Shown here one piece after another: positions 12,266 through 24,070 of a stretch of DNA of 60,849 bases. Where the stretch lies: positions 4,548,814 to 4,609,662 of the forward strand of contig NC_057750.1 in NCBI RefSeq assembly GCF_004010195.1, given 5' to 3'. This stretch comes from Chiloscyllium plagiosum (Eukaryota). Made by a program: the position numbers and the translations under genes. Each line of letters starts with the position of its first letter. The stretch's first letter is position 1. The notes beneath the pieces were generated by a model, which saw nothing but the letters and a program-made list of their open reading frames with translations, was not told the origin of the DNA and did no database searches.

Positions 12266-13672
12266 ATAGAAATAGAAACATAGAAAAAATGCAGCGCAGT
12301 ACAGGCCCTTTGGCCCTCGATGTTGCGCCGATCCAAGCCCACCTAACCTACACTAGCCCACTATCCTCCATATGCCTATCCAATGCCCGTTTAAATGCTC
12401 ATAAAGAGGGACAGTCCACCACTGCTACTGGCAGGGCATTCCATGAACTCACGACTCGCTGAGTAAAGAATCTATCCCTAACATCTGTCCTATACCTACC
12501 ACCCCTTAATTTAAAGCTATGCCCCCTCGTAATAGCTGACTCCATACGTGGAAAAAGATTCTCATGGTCAACCCTATCTAAACCCCTAAACATCTTGTAC
12601 ACCGCTATCAAGTCACCCCCAAACCTTCTTTTCTCCAATGAAAACAGCCCCAAGTGCCTCAGCCTTTCCTCATACGATCTTCCTACCATACCAGGCAACA
12701 TCCTGGTAAACCTCATCTGCACCCGTTCCAGTGCCTCCACATCCTATAGTATGGCGACCAAAACTGCACACAATATTCCAGATGCAGCCGCACCAGAGTC
12801 TTATACAACTGCAACATGACCACAGGACTCCGGAACTCAATTCCTCTCCCAATAAAAGCCAGTATGCCATATGCCTTCCTCACCGCACTATTTACCTGGG
12901 TGGCAACTTTCAAAATCTGTGTACATGAACACCAAGATCCCTCTGCTCATCCACACTACCAAGTATCCGACCATTAGCCCAGTACCCCATCTTTTTGTTA
13001 TTCTTCCCAAAGTGAATCACCTCACACTTAGCTACATTGAATTCCATTTGCCACCTTTCTGCCCAGCTCTGCAGCCTCTCTATATCCTGCTGTAACCTGC
13101 CACATCCTTCCTCACTGTCAACAACTCCTCCGACTTTCGTATCATCCGCAAACTTGCTCACCCAACCTTCTAACCCCTCTTCCAGGTCATTTATAAAAAT
13201 GACAAACAGCAATGGTCCCAAAACAGATCCTTGCGGAACACCGCTAGTGACGGCACTCCATGAAGAAACTTTGCCATCAACTACTACCCTCTGTCTTCTT
13301 CCATCCAGCCAATTCCTAATCCAAACCTCCAACCCACCCTCAATGCCATATCTCCGTATTTTCTGCAGTAGCCTACCATGGGGAACCTTATCAAACGCCT
13401 TACTAAAATCCATATATACCACATCTACCGCTTTACCCTCATCAACCTCCTTCGTCCCCTTTTCAAAGAATTCAATAAGGTTTGTGAGGCACGACCTGCC
13501 CTTCACAAAACCATGCTGACTATCCTTGATCACATTATTCCTATCCAGATGTTCATAAATCCTATCCCTTACAATTCTCTCTAAGACTTTGCCCACAACA
13601 GAAGTGAGACTCACCGGCCTATAGTTACTAGGGTTATCCCTACTCCCCTTCTTAAACAAGGGAACCACATTT
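12266..13672 (-). mobile_element. Young 5'-truncated CR1 LINE with 3' UTR and short repeat tail
   Basis: Contiguous ORF2 remnant from the RT domain to the C-terminus, ending at the (catagaaa)-type tail near 12266-12290. Confidence 0.95.
12399..13672 (-). pseudogene. CR1 ORF2 reverse transcriptase fragment with two frameshifts
   Basis: NYRPVSLTSVVGK, QHGFVKGRSCLTNL, YMDFSKAFDKVPH, GVPQGSVLGP, FADDTK in 12910-13683; continues in shifted frames 12713-12913 (LYKTLVRLHLEYCVQFWSP) and 12399-12740 (FFTQRVVSSWNALP). Confidence 0.93.
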
Positions 13673-13984
13673 GAACAAAACAAAATTGAACAAAATTAAC
13701 TAGCAATAATCCTTTTAAAGGGGCATGAGAATTACAACGCACCGTCAAGAACAGAACTTACAAATTGCAATGTTGTTCCGGGCTGCTGATGGATTTCAGG
13801 CCCCAAATTGCCCCTCAGCTGGTCCCCTCCCACCCCACCCCCCACCTCAGAGTGCCCCCTCAGCATGTGGAGGGTATCTGGGTGCAGATGGGGATTGGGC
13901 AATATGATCTAATGACTCCTCAGTGACCCACTCCCTTAAGAACGTGCTCCCTACTCGTGGAATCCCCCACCATACGGAGAAGAC

Positions 13985-14320
13985 GCCTGCCATTCACCTT
14001 ATCTATGCCCCTCATGATTTTATTAACCTCTATAAAAGGTCAACCCTCAGCCTCCTACACTCCAGGGGGAAAAGTCCCTGCCTCTCTTTAGAACTCAAGC
14101 CCTCCAGATCTGGCAACATCCTGGTAAATCTCATCTGAGCCCTCTCCAGTTTCAAAATATCCTTCCTATAACAGGGAGACCAGAACTGGACACAGTACTC
14201 TTGAACAGGCCTCACCAATGTCCTTAACAAATCTCAACATGACGTCTCAACTCCTGTACTCAAAGCCCTGAGCAATAAAGACAAGTGCACTAAACGCCTT
14301 TTTAATCCCCCTGTCTGTGT
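13985..14320 (-). mobile_element. HER1/CR1 LINE fragment
   Basis: TLVRPVQEYCVQFWSPCYRKDILKLERAQMRFTRMLP. Confidence 0.85.
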
Positions 14321-14394
14321 GTGAAGTTTCCTGGGTTGCAGAAACAGTGTCCCTAACTCTGACCCAGGGGTTCATGACACATTTGAACAGATTC

Positions 14395-14541
14395 AAGTTT
14401 AGATTAGATTAGCTTGGATTCCCCACAGTGTGGAAACAGGCCCTTTGGCCCAACAAGTCCACACCAACCCTCTGAAGTGTAACCCACCCAGACTCATTTC
14501 CCAGCATTTACCCCTGACTAACACACCGAACACTATGGGCA
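14395..14541 (-). mobile_element. HE1-like SINE 3' fragment
   Basis: ttagattagatt...cagtgtggaaacaggccctttggcccaacaagtccacacc. Confidence 0.8.
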
Positions 14542-14544
14542 AGT

Positions 14545-14628
14545 AGTGCTGGAAAAGCACAGCAGGTCAGGCAGCATCTGAGGAGCAGGAAAATCAATGT
14601 TTCGGGCAAAAGCCCTTCATCAGGAATG
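14545..14628 (-). mobile_element. PLE relic (family A) with hammerhead core CTGATGA-A-GGGC-TTTT-GCCC-GAAA
   Basis: Reverse complement of aatgtttcgggcaaaagcccttcatcaggaat. Confidence 0.75.
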
Positions 14629-15039
14629 GCTTTTGAACAGGGTGATTACGGCAAGTCTAAAATTAACAATGGCTGTTAATATTTCTATTGCCCCCTGCAC
14701 TGGAATAAGTACAGCCCTCCAATTGAGCGCAAGAAAGTTCACCAAGTTTGTCAGCAGGCTATCCAACAACGGAAGGCATCACAAACAAGCCAATGCAGTC
14801 CTCAACAGTGAACATCAGACACACGCAAGAGGCAAAAATCAGGAATTAGTGGATTGATTAAAAAGACTTGTTTAGCTCTCCATCTACCATCCTGAGAGTT
14901 ATATGACACAATAAGATTGGTATCATTGACTGATGCTGGGAACCTGAGTGTGGCACACTCCCCGACAAAGGAAGGGCAGTGCTCTGGGATCCATGGTCAC
15001 CTGCTCCTCCAATATGGATGCCTTTTGCCACACCCTGAC

Positions 15040-15283
15040 AGAATGCCTACAGTGTGGAAGCAGGTCATTTGACCCATCTCTGCAGGCCCAAACCCTCATC
15101 TACTACCACTGTAACCCCACATTTCCCACTGCCAACCCACACTGACCTGCACATCTTTGGACTGTGGGAGGAAACCCACGCAGACACAGGGAGAATGTGC
15201 AGACTCCACAGACAGTCGCCCGAGGCTGGAATCGAACCCGGGTCCCTGGCGCTGGGAGGCAGCAGTGCTAACCACTGTGCTAC
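15040..15283 (-). mobile_element. HE1-like V-SINE
   Basis: Reverse head and V domain (ggaatcgaacccgggtccctggcgctg...gcagtgctaaccactgtgc). Confidence 0.85.
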
Positions 15284-15484
15284 CTGGATCTGATTTCTAA
15301 GTACATGTGGACCATGCCCTGAATTGCCATTTGCAAACTTATTTGCATCTGAAAGAGCCATTACAGAGCACTCACTGTCTCTCTCACACACACACACTCG
15401 TAGGTAATGGCAGCAGAACTATCCCCACCTCACCACCCTGCCCCGTCACCCCCTTTATCTGCACCTCCCCCCACACCCACCCCC

Positions 15485-15519
15485 AGTCCTGAAGAAGGGT
15501 TACACCCGAAATGTTGACT
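15485..15519 (+). ncRNA. Minimal type I hammerhead ribozyme motif (PLE family C), CpG-decayed
   Basis: Stem I agtc/gact, core CTGAAGA, extra A, stem II gggt-tac-accc, GAAA, then tgtt (expected cgtc). Confidence 0.6.
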
Positions 15520-15526
15520 TCTCCCC

Positions 15527-15680
15527 CTCCTGATGCTGCCTGCCTTGCTGTGTCCCTCTCCCTCCTGATGCTGCCTGCCTTGCTGTGTCCCTCTCCCTCC
15601 TGATGCTGCCTGTCTTGCTGTGTCCCTCTCCCTCCTGATGCTGCCTGCCTTGTGGTGTTCCCCCAGCCTCCTGCCTGTCT
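15527..15680 (+). repeat. Four 35-bp units in a PLE family C relic
   Basis: ctcctgatgctgcctgccttgctgtgtccctctcc at 15527, 15562, 15597 and 15632 (last partial); same monomer as the 35891-42420 array. Confidence 0.9.
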
Positions 15681-16204
15681 CTTTCTCCTGAGCAAAGATG
15701 CACCAAGTAGAGTTAACAGCTTCGCCTCACTGTCAGAGGATGGTCGGTCAGAGAGGTGGCAGTGTGAGAGTGAGGTGGCAGTGATAACAAGCTGAGCGCT
15801 GGTTGGGGTGGAGGGGGATCATGCCCTTCTGGGAAAAGCCCAGTCTGGAGCGACTGCAGACCCATGGCTAAAGGGGGACTGTGAGGTAGAACCTTTAACT
15901 ATATTCCTTTTAGATTTCTACTTTGTGCCCAAGAAGGAGCCAGGAATGGTGATGATCTGTACCCCATACTTGTGACAATAAAACCTAATTCCACACGGTT
16001 TTAAACTTATGTCCCCAGCCCATATCCCTCTTGACGAACTCTGCACAATCACGTCCCTATGATGTAGCCGGGACAAATATTGCTACATTAGAATCAGCAA
16101 GCGGTATTCCCTGAAATAGAGGGAAGGGATACAGAGTGTAGCAATGTGATCCGGGGAATTCCTATCCGTGTGGTAAACACTGACAGGGCATTCAGTACAA
16201 CTGG

Positions 16205-16320
16205 GCAAAAGTGAGGACTGCAGACGCTGGAGATCAGAGTCAAGATCAGAGTGGTGCTGGAAAAGCACAGCAGGTCAGGCAGCATCGGGGAGCAGGAGAG
16301 TCGATATTTCAGGCAAAAGC
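16205..16320 (-). mobile_element. PLE relic (family A), truncated
   Basis: gtgaggactgcagacgctggagatcagag...gctggaaaagcacagcaggtcaggcagcatc. Confidence 0.75.
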
Positions 16321-16589
16321 ACTACTCTAATCTTGATTCAGAAGGACTGGTCTGTCTCAGTATTTGTGCTCCACTTGAACTTTCCTCTCTCTGTCTGCGA
16401 CAGTTATTCCCTTAAATATAGCCGTAACATCCAACCTCAACACTCCCTGTGGGGAAGGTGAGGAGTTCAGGCTGAAACCATCTCCCTCAAATAACCCACT
16501 GGAGTCAACAGCCACTATTTCACAATTGTGGATGCCAGTCCTGCCTTTCCTTCAGAGCTGGTACATCTTCACATCGACACTAACCCAAA

Positions 16590-16756
16590 CTCTTTTCAGA
16601 ACGAGGAGAAAGTGAGGGCTACAGATGCTGGAGATCAGAGCTGAAAATGTGTTGCTGGAAAAGCGCAGCAGGTCAGGCAGCCTCCAAGGAACAGGAGAGT
16701 CGACGTTTCAGGCTGCACTTTTCCAGCAACGCATTTTCAGCTCTTTTCAGAACGAG
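16590..16756. mobile_element. PLE-derived fold-back insertion with target-site duplication
   Basis: Direct repeat ctcttttcagaacgag at 16590-16605 and 16741-16756; inverted arms ctgaaaatgtgttgctggaaaag and cttttccagcaacgcattttcag. Confidence 0.85.
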
Positions 16757-17629
16757 AGTACTTTATTCGGTCGTCTCTCTTGGAGAGATAGAGATGTACA
16801 GCACAGAAACAGAGCCTTCAATCCAACTCATTCATGCCAATCAGATATCCAAAATTAATCTCGTCCCATTTGGCCCCTATCCCTCCAAACCCTTCTTTCT
16901 CTAGACAATGGTATAATTACAACGTTTAAAAGACATCTAGAGAAAGGAGTCATAGCCCCTTCCTGACCATTTGGTTCCTTGTAAATCTTTTTTAGCACCT
17001 TCACCAGCGCCTTTAGCATGGGCACATGTACAGAAAAATAGGACATTATATAGATGGCCTATAATTCAATATAAACACACACACAAGTAAATCATTACAT
17101 TTACAACACTGCGTTGATAATTCTTCAGATTAAAAAAAAGCCTCTCGTTCCAAACTCAAATGGTTATATCACCCAGAGTGAAACCTATCACCAATTCAAA
17201 TGTTCAAACCCATTACAACAGCATCCTCTGATGCTCCAACTAAATATTTACTTTTTAAAATCTGCACAACTAATGGAATAATGATGGACCATCTGTGATC
17301 AATATCTCCAAGTTCCATTTCCATAATGATTTTGTGAATATGTGCCTCTTCCAGGAGAGTCACAAATTGATGAATTATTCACCATCACCTCCCCCCACTC
17401 CCTCCCCGTCTGCTCTTCCAATGGATTCGATAACAATACAAATCCGCTCGAGACCAATACTAATCGAGGACCATGAAGATCACTGAGCTCACACATTCTC
17501 AAGATGTTGTCAAACACATTCCAATGGAGATGGAGTCCATTCGGCCCAGCCTTGCCCGGGCCAGCATTTGACCCTTTGCCCAACCAATAATCTGCATTTG
17601 TATAGTACCCTTGATGCTGTAGAATGTCC

Positions 17630-18325
17630 CCTGAACAAAGAGACCTTGGAGTGCAGGCTCATGGTTCCTTGAAAATGGTGTCGCAAGTAGATAGGATAGT
17701 GAAGGTGGCATTTGGTATGCTTGCCTTTATTGGTCAGTACACTGAGTTGAGAGGTCATGTCCTGTACAGCTGCGACATTGGTTAGGCCACTTTTGGAATA
17801 TTGTGTGCAATTCTAGTCTCCTTCCTTTCGGAAGGATGCTGTGAAACTGGAAAGGATTCAGAAAAGATTTACAAGGATGTAGCCAGAGTTGGAGGGTTTG
17901 AGCTACAGGGAGAGGCACTAGGCTGGGGCTGTTTTCCCTGGAGCATCGGAGACCAAGGGGTGCTCTTATAGAGGTTTATAAAATCATGAGGGGCTTGGGT
18001 AAGGGGAATGGACAAGGTCTTCTCCCTGGGATGGGAGACTTCAAAACTAGAGGGCATAGGTTTAAGGTGAGAGGAGAAAAATATAAAAGGGATCTAAGGG
18101 GTAACATTTTCACGCAGAGGGTGGTGCGTGTTTGGAGTGAGCTGCCAGAGGAAGTGGTGGAGGCTGGTACAACATTTAAAAGGCATCTGGATGGGTATAT
18201 GAATAGGAAGGGTTTGGAGGGATATAGGCCGGGTGCTGGCAGGTGGGACTAGATTGGGTTGGGATATCTGGTCAGCATTGACGGGTTGGACCGAAAGGTC
18301 TGTTTCCATGCTGTACATCTCTGAC
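17630..18325 (+). mobile_element. HER1/CR1 LINE 3' fragment
   Basis: KTRGHRFKVRGEKYKRDLRGNIFTQRVVRVWSELPEEVVEAG...FKRHLDGYM plus HER1 tail. Confidence 0.9.
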
Positions 18326-18594
18326 GCCCACAGGAACTCCAGAAACAATGACCATTGATTGGAGGTGCAAGGTGGGGAGAGATGGTGGAAGACTTAGGGA
18401 ATGAGGGAGGTCTTTAAGCATGAGGAGTAGGAGGAGGAAGAGTAGGAGGATGGAACAGAGAGAGATGCTGAGGTTTATAGGGAGGGGATTCCAGAGCTTG
18501 GAACCCAGGACGCTGAAGGCTTGGCCATTGAACAGGTGAAAAATCTGGGCTTGGGCAAGGGGCTAAAATTGGAGCAACACAGGTAGATCGCGGA

Positions 18595-18790
18595 AGGGTC
18601 AGAAGTCACGTGACAGCAGGTTATAATCCAACAGGTTTGTTTGAAATCACAAGCTGTCAGAGCGCTGCTCCTTGGTTAGATGTAGCGAGCTCACTTCACC
18701 TGAAGGGGTAGCGCTCTGAAAGCCTGTGGTTTCAAATAAACCTGTCCTGACTTCGTCCACCCCAGTCCAACAACGGCACCCCCACATCAT
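18595..18790. mobile_element. PLE-derived fold-back (family B), decayed
   Basis: ggttataatccaacaggtttgtttgaaatcacaagc and inverted gtggtttcaaataaacctg; remnants of ggagcagcgctc. Confidence 0.7.
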
Positions 18791-20164
18791 TGTGGAAGGG
18801 AGGAGGAGATTACAAAGGTGTAGAACAGGGATTTAAACTCGCATTGGAAACAATGAGTGAGGCGGTGGGGGGGGGGGAGAGGTGGGGGCGAAGGAGGGGA
18901 AACGTTGATTGGTGCAGGCTCAGATACAGCAGCAGGGCTTAAGGAGAGTTCAAGGTGACAAAGGAGGGAGGCTGACTGTGGACAGAGCAGCGGGTCCAGC
19001 CACAATGTGGTTGTAGGTTTCAGTAATATTCCCACAAGTCGGTAATTCGAGTCACGTTTCCCACATCCCTTCTCTCTCTGCCCTGACCACTAACACTGCA
19101 AGTGCATTCCAGAGTGTTATAACACCCAACACTTACAATACAGTTCCTGATCAGGCACTATATGACTGTCCTTTTTGTTCTCAATGTTTACCAAGCTCAG
19201 GTACAAAACATAGAGAATATGAAGAAAACAAGCTGGGTTTTTATATTCTGGCTAGTTTGGGGCGGACAGTAAAATAGCCAAGTGCTAGTTAATGACTGGT
19301 GGATAACCACATCCTAGACGGGAGTCACACTGGCCTTGAAATGTTGATGGTTTCTCTCTCTCTCCCTCCATACAGGCTGCCCAATGCTGCTGGGTTTCTC
19401 CAGCTTTGTCAGTGTTTTCAATTCACCCCGTACAGAGAGATTGTTACTTTACCTCTGGAGCAGGTGGGACTTGAACCCAGACCTTTTGGTCCAGGGGTAG
19501 GGTCACTACCACTGCAACACAACAGCCCCATAGAGAGGGACGGGTGGGAAAGGAGTGTGACACTCAAGGGGGAATGGCTTTCAGCTGAAGCATTTAAACC
19601 CAGGCCTCATTGTTGGATGATGCCACAAATCCCATGGCCACGCCTCAGAAAACCAAAGTAGTTTTTTCACGTCCTCGACGATATTTATCCCTCAGCCCAA
19701 CATCACTGAAGGAATAAACTGTCTGGTCGGTTTTTCCCTGCTGCTTGTGGGAGTGTGCTGTGCTTAGAAAGTGCTGCATTGGCTGCACCTGGGATGGGGT
19801 ACATAGAGGCTCACCACTCCACAATCCAATTGGTGGCCAAAAGCATCCTGACTACTCGATCCTGCTCCACCATTCAGTATCATGGGTGTTCTGCCTCAGC
19901 TCCACCCCTACCCAGCCACTTAAGACCCTCTTGTATCTATTTACCATTGTCTTGGACATTCTCAATGACCAAGACCCACAGCCATTTGCAGTGCAGGCTT
20001 CTGAAAATTCACAACTCTCCAAGCGAGAGAGGGTGGAAGAGAGCCACATTCTTGATTACTCATTTAACCTGTTAACATGCTACCTAATTATCTGTAAACA
20101 GACAGCAGCAGTTCAAGGTGACAGCTCACCAATAGCTCCTCCAGACCTATTAGCAATGGGTAAC

Positions 20165-20390
20165 AGCGGTGGCTCAGTGGTTAGCACAGCTGCCTCACAG
20201 CACCAGGGATTCAGGTTCAATTCCACCCTCAGGCAACTGTTTGCACGTTCACCCTGTGTCTGTGTGGGTTTCCTCCCACAGTCCAAGGATGTGCACGTTA
20301 GGGTGGTTTGACCATGCTAAATTGCCCTGTGGTGTTCAGGGATGTGCAGGCTAGGTGGATTAGCTATGGGGGTTACAGAATAGGGGTGTG
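20165..20390 (+). mobile_element. HE1-like V-SINE (degraded)
   Basis: gcggtggctcagtggttagcacagctgcctcacagc...ggttcaattcc. Confidence 0.8.
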
Positions 20391-21084
20391 TCATCTTACA
20401 CATTTACAACGTCGTTCCCCCCCCCCAAAAAAAGTCTTCATTGAACCTACCTCCACTGCGTTCACAGATAGTGCATTCCACACCTTAACCATTTACTGAG
20501 CCTGGCTTCACTTTTAAAATCTATCTCACACCAATTAAACAGCATGACCTCCTGGAGGAGGAGCAGGCATTAAACAAAGAGAGCGAGAGTGAGAGACACA
20601 ACAAATCCGGTCTCTTAACAGTTTAGACCTGATTTCCAAAGTGACTGAGTTAGCATCTAGCCTCACTGGACTGAGCAATTCAATTAGATTAATGCATTTA
20701 CATCAGTCCTTGGATGTTTCGCTGGTGCCCAGCTGATTTAAGTGTCGTGTACAATTAATTTTAATTAAATACTATTTACATATCTATAAATATTAAATAC
20801 TGGCTATGATTCCTGAGGCAATATTGTGCCCACTGATGATTGATAGACCAAATGGGGAAGGCAACTTCAGGGGAGAGAGACAGAGAACCACTCCAACAGT
20901 GCCAACTAGTGACCAGGAAACCTCACACCGTGACAGTCCGAAGAGGCAGAGACTCAATGGGAGGTGTTTATATAGCAATGTGGCAATGGTCAACCAGGAC
21001 CACAACAGAGGCACCAACAAGCAGACTGTACACAAAGGGTTAAGCCTACACAAGATTTTGTGTTTCTACGCTACCTTATATTTT

Positions 21085-21965
21085 ATTGCACTTTTGGAAT
21101 ACTGTGTGCAATTCCGGTCTCCTCCCTATCGGAAAGATGTTGTGAAACCCGAAAGGGTTCACAAAAGATTTACAAGGATGTTGCTAGGGTTGGAAGGTTT
21201 GAGCTACAGGGAGAGGCTGAATAGACTGGGGCTCTTTTCCCTGGAGCGTCGGGTGACCTTATAGAGGTTTACAAAATCATGAGGGGTATGGATAGGGTGA
21301 ACAGACAAGGTCTTTTCTCCAGGGTGGGGGAGTCCAGAACTACAGGCCATAGGTTTAAGGTGAGAGGGGAAAGATATAAAAGGTGGTCCTGAGGGGCAAT
21401 TTTTTCACGCAGAGGGTGGTGCGTGTATGGAAAGAGCTGCCAGCGGAAGTGGTGGAGGCTGGTACAATTACAGCATTTAAAAGTCATCAGGATGGGCAGG
21501 GGCAACTTTTTCACGCAGAGGGTGGTGCGTGTATGGAAAGTGCGTGTATGGAAGTGGTGGAGGCTGGTACAATTACAGCATTTAAAAGTCATCAGGATGG
21601 GCATATGAATAGAAAGGAGGAGAAAGTGAGGTCTGCAGATGCTGGAGATCAGAGCTGAAAATGTGTTGCTGGAAAAGCGCAGCAGGTCAGGCAGCATCCA
21701 GGGAACAGGAGAATCGACGTTTCGGGCATAAGCTTCAGATTCCTGAAGAAGGGCTTATGCTCGAAATGTCGATTCTCCTGTTCACTGGATGCTGCCTGAC
21801 CTGCTGCGCTTTTCCAGCAACACATTTTCAGATATGAATAGAAAGGGTTTGGAGGGATATGGGCCGGGTGCTGGCAGATGGGACTAGATTGGGTTGGGAT
21901 ATCTGGTCGGCATGGACGGGTTGGACCGAGGGGTCTGTTTCTATGCTGTACAGCTCTCTGTCTCT
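21085..21965 (+). mobile_element. HER1/CR1 LINE 3' fragment with internal duplication and nested PLE
   Basis: LLEYCVQFRSPPYRKDVVKPERVHKRFTRML and GNFFTQRVVRVW twice; HER1 tail to about 21965. Confidence 0.9.
21603..21846. mobile_element. PLE-derived fold-back (family A) with 15-bp target-site duplication and hammerhead core at 21738-21774
   Basis: atatgaatagaaagg at 21603-21617 and 21832-21846; ~75-bp inverted arms; gattc-ctgaaga-a-gggc-ttat-gctc-gaaa-tgtc. Confidence 0.88.
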
Positions 21966-22689
21966 ATAAAAGGCACAACAATTTGTATCCATCTGCGTAA
22001 GCCTATTTACATGAAGAGCACAAAGGTGACAGGAAGATAGTGAACAGTCAGGGAGTGATTTTATTTGTTCCTGGAATGAGAGTTTGTGTAACATTTCAAA
22101 AACGGCCTTCCCTACTTCACAACAGCGACTACCCTTCAAAGGGATACTCTTTTGGCTGTGAAGAGCTTTGGGGGAATCCTGAGGATGTGAAAGACACTGG
22201 AAATGTACATTATTTGACTCACTGGACAGTTTGTCACAACATAGTGCTTCAAGACGACACTTTGTCGAGAGCAATAATGCTGCTCAGCCGGTGACATCAC
22301 ATCCTATGAGCTATTTTTTTTTAAAAAAATGGCTTTCTTCCACAGCCCATTATGACTCTTGGCTGTTTTGAAAACCACTTTGTACTAATCTCGACTGGAT
22401 CAGTCCACATCTCTGAAAATTGTTCTTGTATTGATCCAATTTGGAAAATTACTGTTGAATCTCCTTCCACTGCCCGTGTTCCAGTTCACAGCAACACTCT
22501 GCAAACTATTTCTAGAAGCTTTTCCAATCTCCTTCAATCTGCTCCTCGTGGTCTTCCAAAAGACAGAGCATAGAAGCACCTCAAACAAGACCCTTCAAGA
22601 TTCCCATTGTCTCTGTTCACCCTCGCAAAAAACATTCTCTACTCAAAAAATAAGAACAATCCCAGGTTGTCTCCATGTTTATGTAGTTT

Positions 22690-22965
22690 TAGATTAGATT
22701 AGATTCCCTACAGTGTGGAAACAGGCCCTTCGGCCCAACCAGCCCACACCGACTCTCCGAAGAGTAACCCACCCAGACCCATTTCCCTCTGACTAATGCA
22801 CCTAGCACTATGGGCAATTTAGCATAGCCAATCCACCCTGACCTGCACATTTTTGGACTGTGGGAGGAAACCGGAGCACCCGGAGGAAACCCACACAGGC
22901 ACGGGGAGAATGTGCAAACTCCACACAGACAGTCGCCAGAGGCTGGAATCGAACCTGGGACCCTG
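22690..22965 (-). mobile_element. HE1-like V-SINE, 5' truncated
   Basis: ttagattagattagattccctacagtgtggaaacaggccc...ggagaatgtgcaaactccacacagac. Confidence 0.9.
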
Positions 22966-23221
22966 TTTAATTAAAATGCAGAGCAGAAACTTTCTTCACT
23001 TAAGCACCATCAGTCAAAAGGTAAACACCAGCCTGGAAGGAGAATGGAGAATGGCAATCTGAATTAAACTGGGACATGAGCCTGGAAAATGGTGCCTGGT
23101 TGGCAGGTGGTAACACCTTTCTCCAGGACGAACATGGGTCCTGCAGATGCTGGAATCAAAGTCAAGATTAGAGAGGTGCTGGAAAAGCACAGCAGGTCAG
23201 GCAGCAACCGAGGACCAGGAA

Positions 23222-23257
23222 AATCGACGTTTCAGACAAAAGCCCTTCATCAGGAAT
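23222..23257 (-). ncRNA. Minimal type I hammerhead ribozyme motif (opposite strand)
   Basis: Minus strand reads attc | CTGATGA | a | gggc-tttt-gtct | GAAA | cGTC | gatt. Confidence 0.55.
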
Positions 23258-23258
23258 C

Positions 23259-23294
23259 AGTCCTGATGAAGGGCTATTGCCTGAAACGTCGATT
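23259..23294 (+). ncRNA. Minimal type I hammerhead ribozyme motif
   Basis: agtc | CTGATGA | a | gggc-tatt-gcct | GAAA | cGTC | gatt, with ACGT palindrome and GUC triplet retained. Confidence 0.65.
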
Positions 23295-24070
23295 TTTCCT
23301 GCTCCTCGGATGCTGCCTGGCCTGCTGTGCTTTTCCAGCACCACTCGAACCTTAACATCTTTCTCCAACCCAACCTTGCGCAATTCGTACAAATAAAGAC
23401 CGTGAGAAAAAAACTAAACAAAGGTCAAAATTTGCGAAGGATGGGGAATTCAGACAGCCTACTGTGGAGAAAGCACGCTTCCCAGAATGCTGCACCAAAC
23501 CGGGAGTCAATTAACCTCCGCATCACAGCTTGACAGAAAGATTGACCACAGGAACAGCAAGCTACAGAAATGTCAACAATCTGCTCATCGATTCAGAAAG
23601 AGTGATTCATGGAGTCTGAGACCCCAAACTGGTGTTCAACTCAGTGCTCTGGGCTACAGGACTGACCTCAGTCACCCCGAATATAGAAATAAAATTGGAT
23701 TTGTTTTAAAACAGAGCACCTGCTGAGGATTTTTAATCCACTGGGATCAATTTTCTCAGCTCGGCGAGGGTTCTGACCCCAGCAGAGAGACAGTGTGACA
23801 AGAGGTATCCCTGGAGTGGCCAATTTTCACCTGAAAGCCGTTGACAACCGAGTGGCAGCTGTCTAATGAGCTGGGAGTGAACTCACACCTGAGTCTGGGT
23901 CAGCCAGTGTTTGTCCCTGCCAGCGACACACATTTCCAATGGGGAGCTCCCCTGACCCCTCAGCTACCTGCTCACATTAAACGGAAAAGGATGTGATTTT
24001 CCATACGGCCTTCTGCAGCCTCGAGATACCCCAAAGCCAATTTGATTTGAATTTACTGACAATTTCAGTG

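Larger units (their letters stand above)
23135..23347. mobile_element. PLE-derived fold-back (family A) with two head-to-head arms
   Basis: gtgctggaaaagcacagcaggtcaggcagc...cccttcatcagga / tcctgatgaagggc...gctgcctggcctgctgtgcttttccagcac. Confidence 0.85.
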
